Positions 63,363-64,000 of a stretch of DNA of 64,000 bases are shown piece after piece. The notes under the pieces are model-generated. The model ran no database searches and was not told the DNA's origin. It saw only the letters and a program-made list of their open reading frames with translations. The translations under genes and the position numbers were made by a program. The stretch covers positions 107,632,001-107,696,000 of the forward strand of contig NC_086107.1 in assembly GCF_963921235.1 (NCBI RefSeq). The letters are read 5' to 3'. The stretch is from Mobula hypostoma (Eukaryota). Position 1 is the first letter of the stretch. Each line of letters opens with the position of its first letter.

Positions 63363-63547
63363 GTTCAAAATCGATACAGGATGGGTGGGGAGGTGGTGAT
63401 CGGCCTACTGTGGCAAATACTCGGCCCCCAAGCTGGGAGGAAGATGATGATGGGCCAATAGGCTTGTGGAACAGTACTGGAACTCAGGAGAGTAGCTCAC
63501 CCTACAACTCCTCTAACTGGCCCGCAAGCGGGAAGAAAATGCACAAG
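63363..63547 (+). CDS. TNRC6B: TNRC6B exon (185 nt): (G)SKSIQDGWGGGDRPTVANTRPPSWEEDDDGPIGLWNSTGTQESSSPYNSSNWPASGKKMHK
   Basis: Acceptor tatcttttcAG (63361-63362), donor GTatga (63548). Phase 1 start fits the exon ending at 57607. Resembles mammalian SKSMQDGWG...PSWEEEEDGGVWN...GKKQMK. Confidence 0.92.
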
Positions 63548-63589
63548 GTATGAAAAGGAAAAATCGTGATGGTAATCCAGTTGTGGAAC

Positions 63590-63692
63590 ACTGCAATGAG
63601 GCCACTCTCAGGTTGGAGGAGCAAATCCTCAAATTCCCTCTGGGTAGCCTCCAACCTGACAGTATGACATTGGTTTTTCTAACTTCTGGTAA
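63590..63692 (+). mobile_element. Penelope-like GIY-YIG C-terminal fragment
   Basis: CNEATLRLEEQILKFPLGSLQPDSM, homologous to 28090-28193. Confidence 0.8.
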
Positions 63693-64000
63693 TTCAAAGT
63701 TCAAAGTAAATTTATCATCAAAGTACATATGTGTCACCATGTACAACCCGGAGATTCATTTTATTATGGGCATTCTCAATAGATCCAATAACCATAATAA
63801 TCAAAGAAAGACACACGAACAGGGCAGACAACTAGTGTGTAAATAGACAACAAACTGAAAATACAGAAAGAAAGAGAAGTAATAATAAATAAACATGCAA
63901 TAAATATTAAGAACATGAGATCAAGAGTCTTTGAAAGTGAGTCCATAGGTTCTGGGAATAGTTCAGTGATAGAGTAAGTGAAGTTATCCCTTCTGGTTCA
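63693..64000 (-). mobile_element. LINE 3' tail (runs off the window)
   Basis: ttcaaagttcaaagtaaatttatcatcaaagtacatatgtgtcacc..., same family as 51300. Confidence 0.7.

Overview
Vertebrate genomic DNA, probably a cartilaginous fish (inferred only from the repeat landscape). The window holds the 5' part of a TNRC6B (GW182-family, Argonaute-binding) gene on the + strand. Five coding exons join in frame at canonical AG/GT sites: 36402-36489, 45639-45660 (22-nt microexon), 53132-53458, 55178-57607 (large GW-repeat exon) and 63363-63547. The ATG-bearing first exon was not located, and the gene runs past the window end. The rest is AT-rich, presumably intronic sequence full of often nested transposon relics: CR1 and Rex/Babar-like LINEs, RTE-related pieces, tRNA-derived SINEs, Tc1 elements, hAT elements and MITEs, a decayed BEL/Pao LTR element, and many Penelope-like element (PLE) fragments. 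Most notable: (1) PLE termini carrying minimal type-I hammerhead ribozyme motifs, inserted four times as fold-back units with 13-14 bp target-site duplications and a one-sided 33-41 nt tail; (2) a decayed ~70%-identical copy of part of the GW exon in the intron upstream of it; (3) apparent absence of the DNGTSAWG exon I recall from mammalian TNRC6B. Repeat boundaries are approximate unless TSDs/TIRs are quoted.
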